Shown here: positions 1 to 7,529 of the stretch, piece after piece
How the letters are laid out: every line of letters begins with the position of its first letter
How positions within the stretch are numbered: the stretch's first letter is position 1
Notes under the pieces: generated by a model
The model's database searches: none
Seen by the model: only the letters and a program-made list of their open reading frames with translations
Told to the model about the DNA's origin: nothing
Made by a program: the position numbers and the translations under genes
NCBI GenBank assembly: GCA_964618805.1
Contig: CAZUBM010000006.1
Coordinates: forward strand, 1 to 22,730
Length of the DNA stretch: 22,730 nucleotides
Direction of reading: 5' to 3'
Source of the DNA: an uncultured Nitrososphaerota archaeon
GTDB taxonomy: Archaea; Korarchaeota; Korarchaeia; Korarchaeales; Korarchaeaceae

Positions 1-133
1 GATGCTCGACCATTATTATGAGCTTAGGGGATGGGACAAGGAGACAGGGCTTCCTGAGAAGGAGACTCTCCTTAGAGTTGGACTAGAGGATGTTGTAGAC
101 GATTTAGAGGCAAGAGGAATAAAACTTCCATAG
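1..133 (+). CDS. 3' end of aldehyde:ferredoxin oxidoreductase (AOR family) gene, truncated by window start
   Basis: Frame 2 reads MLDHYYELRGWDKETGLPEKETLLRVGLEDVVDDLEARGIKLP* (TAG 131-133). YYxxRGWDxxGxP..L..LGL is the typical C-terminus of tungsten AOR-family enzymes. Confidence 0.8.
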   Translation, partial: MLDHYYELRGWDKETGLPEKETLLRVGLEDVVDDLEARGIKLP

Positions 134-169
134 TGTTAGAAGTTTTGATCAGCTCTGAACAGCGCACGT

Positions 170-352
170 TTTTCAATCTTCAATCCCAGAGGTTTCGATT
201 GAAAGGGTTCGAGATGTACAGAGACCTTTAAGAAGGCTTTAGCCCTTCAATTCTTTTTTCGAAAGAATCTGATTGAAACAGGCAAAATTGTTCAAAGTAG
301 TAAACGGTTTGAGGAACTTTCAATCTCTCATTCGAGAGACTCTGATTGAAAC
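170..352 (-). CRISPR. Three divergent 36-nt relic repeats at the trailer end of array 1
   Basis: Repeats 170-205, 244-279, 317-352 (TTCAAT...GATTGAAAC/G) separated by 38- and 37-nt spacers. A further 38-nt spacer (353-390) leads to the main array, keeping the ~74-nt period. Confidence 0.8.
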
Positions 353-390
353 GGTAACTTGCAGCCGAAGATCTCGAAGTCCCCAATCAG

Positions 391-2603
391 CTTTCAATCT
401 CCTTCTTCAGGAGTTCAGGATTGCTTCCAGGACGGAATAAAGGAAGGGATCTTGGACGAGGCTAATCTTTCAATCTCCTTCTTCAGGAGTTCAGGATTGC
501 TTCCACGATGAACGCCACAGCTTACTGGAATAACGGAACGGCTTTCAATCTCCTTCTTCAGGAGTTCAGGATTGCTTCGGAAGTTACCTGCGGGCATAAC
601 TGTAACTAAGTACACCTTTCAATCTCCTTCTTCAGGAGTTCAGGATTGCTTCAGGGAAAGCCTATGAGATATGTTATGGTATTCTATAACTTTCAATCTC
701 CTTCTTCAGGAGTTCAGGATTGCTTCGGAGAAATGTGACCAAAGCTTTTCTCAAAGTTCTATCAACTTTCAATCTCCTTCTTCAGGAGTTCAGGATTGCT
801 TCCGGTCAGAAATTCTTCATACACCGCGCAGTACCCGACTTCTTTCAATCTCCTTCTTCAGGAGTTCAGGATTGCTTCGGAGAAATGTGACCAAAGCTTT
901 TCTCAAAGTTCTATCAACTTTCAATCTCCTTCTTCAGGAGTTCAGGATTGCTTCCACAGAGGAAAGTGCGGAAAAGTTCCTTAACCTTTCTACTTTCAAT
1001 CTCCTTCTTCAGGAGTTCAGGATTGCTTCAGAAGGAACATCCTTATCTTATAATCATAAGGTGAATAACTTTCAATCTCCTTCTTCAGGAGTTCAGGATT
1101 GCTTCTTGACTTTGACTTTGACTGACTGCACCTGACTTGGTTACTTTCAATCTCCTTCTTCAGGAGTTCAGGATTGCTTCTATGTAACCATTCGATTAAA
1201 GAAAGGGGAAGAGTTACTTTCAATCTCCTTCTTCAGGAGTTCAGGATTGCTTCCCCAGCAAATTTTGGGGGTGATGTAATGGATAAGTTATCTCTTTCAA
1301 TCTCCTTCTTCAGGAGTTCAGGATTGCTTCGCAGTCAGAACCGATAAGGCTTTATGGCTTTATTGGAACTTTCAATCTCCTTCTTCAGGAGTTCAGGATT
1401 GCTTCCGGGAAGAGATTTTTTATACACCGCGCAGTACCTGACTTCTTTCAATCTCCTTCTTCAGGAGTTCAGGATTGCTTCCCGCTATTATCCTTACCTC
1501 GCCTTCTGCTTCGTTTAGTACTTTCAATCTCCTTCTTCAGGAGTTCAGGATTGCTTCTTAGACAAGAGGAAGCTTAAGGGTAGAATCTCTAAGATAACTT
1601 TCAATCTCCTTCTTCAGGAGTTCAGGATTGCTTCATAAAAGCAGATGGGTATGGAAGTGAAGTTGGAAAGATTCTTTCAATCTCCTTCTTCAGGAGTTCA
1701 GGATTGCTTCATTTTATCTGGCATGCAAGGCGTCCCATTGCTCAAATAACTTTCAATCTCCTTCTTCAGGAGTTCAGGATTGCTTCACTTCTGTGCTTAA
1801 GCGATTGGGATTTAAGAAAGGTCTTTCAATCTCCTTCTTCAGGAGTTCAGGATTGCTTCATCGAGAAGACGAAACGGAAATTGGAAATTTTGAACAACTT
1901 TCAATCTCCTTCTTCAGGAGTTCAGGATTGCTTCTCTGCAATCTTTGCCATTCTCAATACTGGAGTAAGAACCTTTCAATCTCCTTCTTCAGGAGTTCAG
2001 GATTGCTTCATCCAAAGACAAACGCTCTTCTCCTCGACGCCAGATAACTTTCAATCTCCTTCTTCAGGAGTTCAGGATTGCTTCAGGATCACCATTTACA
2101 ATCACACCATTGTAGGGCTTTCAATCTCCTTCTTCAGGAGTTCAGGATTGCTTCTTCCCGAAGAAAAGTTCCCGTGGCAATCCCATTATACACTTTCAAT
2201 CTCCTTCTTCAGGAGTTCAGGATTGCTTCACAGCTAAGAAGAAGGATCAAAGACTACAGAGACTACTTTCAATCTCCTTCTTCAGGAGTTCAGGATTGCT
2301 TCTTGCTTTTTCCCTTCAACGCTGAAAATCAAAGTCAAAGTCCTTTCAATCTCCTTCTTCAGGAGTTCAGGATTGCTTCGGATGAGACAGCCTCCTCCTC
2401 CATCACCTCCAGAAGAACTTTCAATCTCCTTCTTCAGGAGTTCAGGATTGCTTCTTCAGGAAGAGAGATTCAGGAAAGCTTTAAAACTCTTCTTTCAATC
2501 TCCTTCTTCAGGAGTTCAGGATTGCTTCACGATGGAAAAGATGTTAGGAACCTTCCACTAGAAGAACTTTCAATCTCCTTCTTCAGGAGTTCAGGATTGC
2601 TTC
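391..2603 (-). CRISPR. CRISPR array 1: 30 identical 37-nt repeats, 29 spacers of 33-40 nt
   Basis: Repeat on + strand CTTTCAATCTCCTTCTTCAGGAGTTCAGGATTGCTTC; transcribed sense GAAGCAATCCTGAACTCCTGAAGAAGGAGATTGAAAG, ending in the ATTGAAAG handle and preceded by a CTCCT/AGGAG stem. AT-rich leader on the right, degenerate repeats on the left. Confidence 0.99.
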
Positions 2604-2760
2604 TCAACTAAGTAAGACATTCCTTTGACATGAATTTTTATTTTTCCCTTTTTCCTCAACCACCTAGTTCGCACATCGCCTTCGGGCTTTCACATTTATA
2701 AAGATGTGCTAGCATGCCCTAGGCCTTATTCAACAAAATGAAAAATTCTGGTTGACTTTT
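2604..2760 (-). promoter_or_regulatory. Leader/promoter of array 1
   Basis: AT-rich and non-coding. TTTATAAA box about 90 nt from the first repeat. Shares TAGCACATCTTTATAAAT (2694-2711, minus strand) with the array 2 leader. Outer boundary approximate. Confidence 0.85.
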
Positions 2761-3020
2761 AAGAAAATTTAGTTGTAAAAGTGTTATTAGTTCGAATAAA
2801 AAAGTGATCTGCTTTCTCCTTCAATTGTAGTACGATCGTTGTAACATGATAAGACCCCTTCTGCCCTTTGTCTCTGGACCCCAATTCCTCAGTAGAATAA
2901 CTTTAACTAGCATTTTATTCATGGTTTTAAATGTTGTTAAATGAGAAAACCGTTCAGATCTTATATTTTTCTAATTGGGCCCATCTAACTGGTTAGCACA
3001 TCTACCGATTTTTAGGGTAT

Positions 3021-4013
3021 GTGTTACCGTCGATCATATTAAGGGGTGTTGCCCCTTCTTCACGGGCAGAGTTGGTGTTTTACCTCTCCTCAGATCAACT
3101 AAGACTTTTGCACGGTAGATATTTAGCTTGGGCGAGGGAGAATCCTCCAGCAGAGGACTGGAGGGGCTGGAGTTGGAGTAGAGGCCCAATAGAGCCTCCT
3201 TACGAAGATGTAAGGCTTGCCCTATCTGAGGTGGCTGGTCAGTTTTGCGGCACTGGGAGGGACATCTACCTACGGAGGGTCGAAGGTATAAAGAGGCCTC
3301 CTAGCGAGAAGATGCTCAGAGGAAGAGTTTTACACATGATTGTTGAGCGAGCCATAACAAAAGCTAAGGTGATCCTTTACTCAGAGGGTAAGATGACTGG
3401 AAGCGAGCTTCTGGGCAGGTTATCTGAGCTCAGGGAGGAGAGCATTAACGAAGTTATGAGATGCGCCAGCTCGCTAGGAGACGCTGAGTTCGAGACCCTT
3501 AAGCTAATGTCTGGGAGGCTTTGGGATTACGAGGCCATTCAAATATCGGCAAGCTTGGACAAAGCAATCTCATCTAACCCTTGGAGCGGTTTGGATGCTC
3601 TAGTTAATGTCGCAATACCTTTCGTTGTTGAGATGAAGGTAGATGGGAGCTTCTTAGGCTTAAGCGAAAGGCTGAGCATAGATGCTCTTTCAAACTCCTC
3701 CGTCATCTTGGACTTAAAGACTGGAAAAGCAGGCAGGGTAGCAGGGATAGCTGCTGCTGGCTATGCTCTTTGCTTGGAGGCAAGCAGGGACATCCCAGTC
3801 GATGTTGGCGTTGTGGTGAACCTATCCTTCGACAGAGAAGGATTCCCGATAGTTGAGAGGAAGCTGCTGATAATAGATGAGGTCCTTAGGAGGGAGTTCA
3901 TAGATGAAAGGGATAGGAAGATGAGGATAGTCGCTGAGGAGCAAGACCCTGGCTTGCCTCCCTTCTGCCCAAGGGACTGCATCTACTGGGAAGTTTGCAG
4001 AGGAGGTGGTTGA
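3021..4013 (+). CDS. csa1: Csa1 (Cas4-like, type I-A adaptation protein); true start probably TTG 3072 or GTG 3075
   Basis: WRGWSW..P, SEVA..FCGTGRDIYLRRV, VDGSFLGLS..LSIDA, DLKTG and C-terminal CPRDCIYWEVC (Fe-S cysteines); directly upstream of cas1. Confidence 0.9.
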   Translation: MLPSIILRGVAPSSRAELVFYLSSDQLRLLHGRYLAWARENPPAEDWRGWSWSRGPIEPPYEDVRLALSEVAGQFCGTGRDIYLRRVEGIKRPPSEKMLRGRVLHMIVERAITKAKVILYSEGKMTGSELLGRLSELREESINEVMRCASSLGDAEFETLKLMSGRLWDYEAIQISASLDKAISSNPWSGLDALVNVAIPFVVEMKVDGSFLGLSERLSIDALSNSSVILDLKTGKAGRVAGIAAAGYALCLEASRDIPVDVGVVVNLSFDREGFPIVERKLLIIDEVLRREFIDERDRKMRIVAEEQDPGLPPFCPRDCIYWEVCRGGG

Positions 4014-5042
4014 TTGGGGAAAACGTTAGTGGTCAGGGAGTTTGGCTCCTTCGTTGGGAAGAAGGGGGCAAGGCTCGTCATAAGAGGGAAGGATAGAAGA
4101 AACGAGCTTCCAGCGGAGGAAGTTGAGTGCTTGATATTAGCTGGAAGGGGCGTCTCTATATCAACCGATGCCCTTCAGCTTCTCATGAAGAGGGGAATAC
4201 CCGTCTTCTTCTCGGATGGTATGGGAAATCCTTTAGGAGCGGTGCTGTCTGCATTCTCAACAGGATCTGCTTCGACTAGGAGGGAACAATACCTCTCCCT
4301 GATGGATGAGAGGGGAATCGAGCTTGCCAAGTCCTTTGTGATGGGAAAAGTCCTTAATCAAGCCTATTTGATGCTAAGGTTTGCTAGGTCTAGAAGGAGG
4401 ACAAATAAGGAGCTTGCGGATCAACTTGAGAGCGGAGCTTCTTTGATAAAGGGATTGGCTGAGAGTATCTCCAGCTTCAGATCAAATGGATTGAACTTCT
4501 CCTCAAGAGCGGAACTCATGGCCTTAGAGTCTAGGGCTGCCACCATCTACTGGGAGATGTTCTCCGCTTTGCTGCCTAAGGGGTTCGAGTTTCCAGGAAG
4601 GGTGACGAGGGGAGCCGAGGACGAGGTGAACTCGATGCTAAACTTGGGCTACTGGTACCTGAGAACCAGAGTTTTGCCAGCCATATACTTCGCTGGTCTA
4701 GATCCTTATGCAGGTTACCTGCACGTTGACAGGGCGGGAAGGCCTAGCTTGGTGCTTGATCTTATGGAGGAGTTCAGGCCACAGGTAGTCGATAGGGCAG
4801 TCATATCCTTAGTTTCTAAGAGGGTCCTGAAGCCTGGGGAAGTTCTTTCGGACGAAGAGTTCTCTGATAAGGCCATAAGAGCTATTCTAGGCGCTTTAGA
4901 GGAAAGACTTGAGGCAAAGTGCTTTCCCCTCGGCTGGAGGCAGAGGCCAAGGCTAAAGACGGCGATAAGGCTTCAAGCAAGGAGGATAGTAAGCCACATC
5001 CTCAGGAGGGAAAAGTACAGGCCTTTTATCCTGAGGGAGTAG
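4014..5042 (+). CDS. cas1: CRISPR-associated integrase Cas1
   Basis: G.FVGKKG N-terminus, catalytic E (ALESRAA), NSMLNLGY, GLDPYAGYLH, DLMEEFRPQVVDR. Confidence 0.97.
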   Translation: MGKTLVVREFGSFVGKKGARLVIRGKDRRNELPAEEVECLILAGRGVSISTDALQLLMKRGIPVFFSDGMGNPLGAVLSAFSTGSASTRREQYLSLMDERGIELAKSFVMGKVLNQAYLMLRFARSRRRTNKELADQLESGASLIKGLAESISSFRSNGLNFSSRAELMALESRAATIYWEMFSALLPKGFEFPGRVTRGAEDEVNSMLNLGYWYLRTRVLPAIYFAGLDPYAGYLHVDRAGRPSLVLDLMEEFRPQVVDRAVISLVSKRVLKPGEVLSDEEFSDKAIRAILGALEERLEAKCFPLGWRQRPRLKTAIRLQARRIVSHILRREKYRPFILRE

Positions 5043-5339
5043 TTGCCTATGAAGTACTTGGTGGTCTACGACATAACCAATGACAGGCTTAGGGCGAGGG
5101 TAGCGGAGAAGCTGAAGGACTATGGGCTAAGGAGGATCCAGTACAGCGCTTTCTTGGGGGAGCTTATCCCAAGGAGGCTGAGGTCTTTAGTGCAGGATCT
5201 GAGGAAGATACTTGGCCCGAGACCTGAGGAGAGGGAGAGGAAGGTAATACACGTTTTCCCAGTTCCTTCCTCGCTGAGAGGCATAATAGTGATAGGAGAT
5301 GAGTGGAAGGAGGAGGAGGGAAGGGTCGAGGTTTTTTAG
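5043..5339 (+). CDS. cas2: CRISPR-associated endonuclease Cas2 (ATG at 5049 likely)
   Basis: YLVVYDITNDRLR..V...LKDYGLRRIQYSAF.G; 98 aa, after cas1. Confidence 0.97.
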   Translation: MPMKYLVVYDITNDRLRARVAEKLKDYGLRRIQYSAFLGELIPRRLRSLVQDLRKILGPRPEERERKVIHVFPVPSSLRGIIVIGDEWKEEEGRVEVF

Positions 5340-5910
5340 GACCTTTGACCCCTCCGAGAGGCCAATAACCCCTACCGATGTGAAACAGTACGTATACTGT
5401 CCTCTTGTAGTTTACTACAGCAGAGTTCTCAAGCTAAAGCCCGTCTTGGATTCCCAGCAAGAAGCATCGAGGGAGAAGCACTCTAGGATAAGGAGACCTC
5501 CTCCAGGTATCGAAGGGAAAGTATTGAGCTGTCCTCCCCTTTATAGCGAGAGGCTAAACGCATATGGCGAGCCCGACCTCCTCTTGAGGCAGGGAAATGA
5601 GCTAATCCCAGTAGATTACAAGTTCTCAAGAAGCATGAAGGGAAGTGCCTGGCCAGACCACAAGTATCAGCTTGCCCTCTATGCCCTTTTGGTCGAGGAG
5701 GCCTTCTCAACAGTCGTCAAGAGGGGGCTTATTTACTATGTTGGCGATGCCCTGGTTGAGGTCAGGATCACCAGGAGGGTGAAGGAGTATGTTAAGCGCA
5801 TTATAAAGGAGATAAGAGAGATGGAGAGGACGGGGATCCCTCCTAAGGTAAGGAGGGATCCTGAGAAGTGTTCTGGAGGTTGTGGGTACAGCTGGGCGTG
5901 CAAGGGCTGA
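5299..5910 (+). CDS. cas4: CRISPR-associated exonuclease Cas4
   Basis: DVKQYVYCP, GEPD, VDYK, QLALYALL and C-terminal C...C.Y...C Fe-S motif. Confidence 0.95.
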   Translation: MSGRRRREGSRFFRTFDPSERPITPTDVKQYVYCPLVVYYSRVLKLKPVLDSQQEASREKHSRIRRPPPGIEGKVLSCPPLYSERLNAYGEPDLLLRQGNELIPVDYKFSRSMKGSAWPDHKYQLALYALLVEEAFSTVVKRGLIYYVGDALVEVRITRRVKEYVKRIIKEIREMERTGIPPKVRRDPEKCSGGCGYSWACKG

Positions 5911-5975
5911 TGAGATAAAGGAGATCTCTCAACGGTTACGACAGAACCTAAAGCAGGCTGCAAGGCGAAGGAGAT

Positions 5976-6671
5976 TCACTCATCAAATAGGCCAAGCCTG
6001 CTGGCAACCTCTTCCTTTGAGATCAGCCACTTTAACTCTTTGCTTTCCTCGTACACGTAGATCAGGAGGACTGGATACTCCTGAGCGAGCTCGTAGTAAG
6101 CTATTGTGGCTGGCTTCGTAGCAGAGGTGCAATCTAAGATTACAGCGTGCTCTTGAAGCAAGGTCTCCAGATATGGCCTTACCTTCTCCTTCACAGCGTC
6201 CACATCTATTATCTCTTTGTCCTCAACCAATATCCAAGCAAAAGGAAGTTTCATCCCTGCTCCCCCTGGCCAGCTCTCCATTGCCCTCCTTGAGGTGCAG
6301 ATGTAGCAAATCTTAGGGCTTATCCCCTTTTTAGAGAGGAGCTTAATGGCTACATTAGGCTCAGCCTCTTGAGACTCTTCCTTCTTTATGCCCAAAAGAC
6401 CTATGTAGGCGAACTGGGCAGATCCTCCACAGAGGTAGCTCATGATGCCCTTGTAGGAGAGCTCATAAGCTCCTTTGATCACCCTTCTTAGAAGGCCACT
6501 TGATATCAGCCTGTCAAGGTGATGAACCAAAACGGAGCCATCTAATCCTGTTAGATCCCTTATCTCGGAGAAGCTGGCAACTCCTCCCTTCTTTGCAATT
6601 GCCTTGAATACATCCTTGGTCTTAGCTGGCTTTAGGTAATACCTCCACTTCATCCAATCATGTTGTAGCAT
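5976..6671 (-). CDS. Putative transcriptional regulator: N-terminal winged HTH plus C-terminal CARF-like domain
   Basis: SFSEIRDLTGLDGSVLVHHLDRLISSGLL is an ArsR-like wHTH. AYIGLLG ... ILDCTSATKPATIA ... LIYV resembles the CARF Rossmann pattern (D.TGG.K). Confidence 0.7.
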   Translation of the reverse strand: MLQHDWMKWRYYLKPAKTKDVFKAIAKKGGVASFSEIRDLTGLDGSVLVHHLDRLISSGLLRRVIKGAYELSYKGIMSYLCGGSAQFAYIGLLGIKKEESQEAEPNVAIKLLSKKGISPKICYICTSRRAMESWPGGAGMKLPFAWILVEDKEIIDVDAVKEKVRPYLETLLQEHAVILDCTSATKPATIAYYELAQEYPVLLIYVYEESKELKWLISKEEVASRLGLFDE

Positions 6672-6758
6672 TGTTCTATAATATTAGAGTGCAGCTTTAT
6701 TAATCTTAAAATTATATCGTAAGTCATTTTACAATAAGCCAATTCCCAGTGATGGAGA
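6672..6758. promoter_or_regulatory. Divergent promoter region between the regulator and the cmr operon
   Basis: 87-nt AT-rich gap with TATA-like TTTATTAA and an imperfect palindrome TCTA-TAATAT-TAGA (6675-6688). Confidence 0.5.
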
Positions 6759-7529
6759 TTGAAAACCTCTGTTATAGCCCCTCTTGGCTTGAGTCCCCCT
6801 GTGGTAACTGAATTTATCCAATATCTTGATCTAGCTGAATCATCTCTTCCAGATTACCTGTTCTTGATGACTACAAATGACAAAGAGGTAATGGAGGGAG
6901 CTGAGCTCATTAAGACCGCCATGTCCCTTAAGTATAGAAAGTGCAGGGTTAACACGATCAGCTTGCCATTTCCCGACCTAGATAGACAGGAAAGGGTATG
7001 GGAGTTTACAAGGCTAGCTGGAAAGCTCCTGGTGGATCAGAGATTAAAATACAATGTGAGAAGGGTTCACGTTCTTATCTCTGGTGGAAGGAAGATAATG
7101 GGGATCCAGCTAGCCATGCTATGCCAGATATTCCCAACTAGCGGAGTTTACCACGTTGTAGCTAGAGATGTGAGGGTAGCTAGCGAAAGGCTCGAAGCGA
7201 TAAGGGGGTTGATATCGGAGCTGGCCAAGGACTCTGACAAGGAGGACTTCTACAGGGAACACTCTGAGGAGTTTGATCCTGTGATGTGGCCCCCTATGTC
7301 TGAGTACTCAGTGGTGAAGCTACCCATCCTCCCTTATCCGCAGGAGGTGCTTGAGAGATTGGTAAGGGTTCTTTCCTCCCCTAGAACTAGAAGAAAGGAG
7401 GCCGCGGTTCCTGAGGAGCTCTTGGTGATGTTGTGGGAGGGGGGACTACTTCAGGTGGTCGAGGGATGGATCATACCGACCGAGATAGGAAGGGAGCTTG
7501 GTGAGGCATTGGGGAGCGTGTTAGGATGA
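6759..7529 (+). CDS. csx14: CARF protein, Csx14/Cas_NE0113-like (possible ring nuclease) with C-terminal wHTH-like tail
   Basis: IAPLGLSPPVVTE, HVLISGGRKIM, VYHV, LPILP; first gene of the cmr operon, overlaps the cas10 start (ATGA). Confidence 0.75.
   Translation: MKTSVIAPLGLSPPVVTEFIQYLDLAESSLPDYLFLMTTNDKEVMEGAELIKTAMSLKYRKCRVNTISLPFPDLDRQERVWEFTRLAGKLLVDQRLKYNVRRVHVLISGGRKIMGIQLAMLCQIFPTSGVYHVVARDVRVASERLEAIRGLISELAKDSDKEDFYREHSEEFDPVMWPPMSEYSVVKLPILPYPQEVLERLVRVLSSPRTRRKEAAVPEELLVMLWEGGLLQVVEGWIIPTEIGRELGEALGSVLG

Noticed and set aside
1106-2342. Spacers 1106-1143 and 2303-2342 share TCAAAGTCAAAGTC in opposite orientation
   Set aside because: Low-complexity 14-mer with unrelated flanks; insufficient to claim a common target.
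170-2603. Self-targeting of spacers within this window
   Set aside because: No match noticed by eye; a computational search is needed to exclude partial matches.
415-2611. ORF-track ORFs of 62-177 aa with repeated peptides
   Set aside because: They are translations of CRISPR repeats and spacers, not genes.
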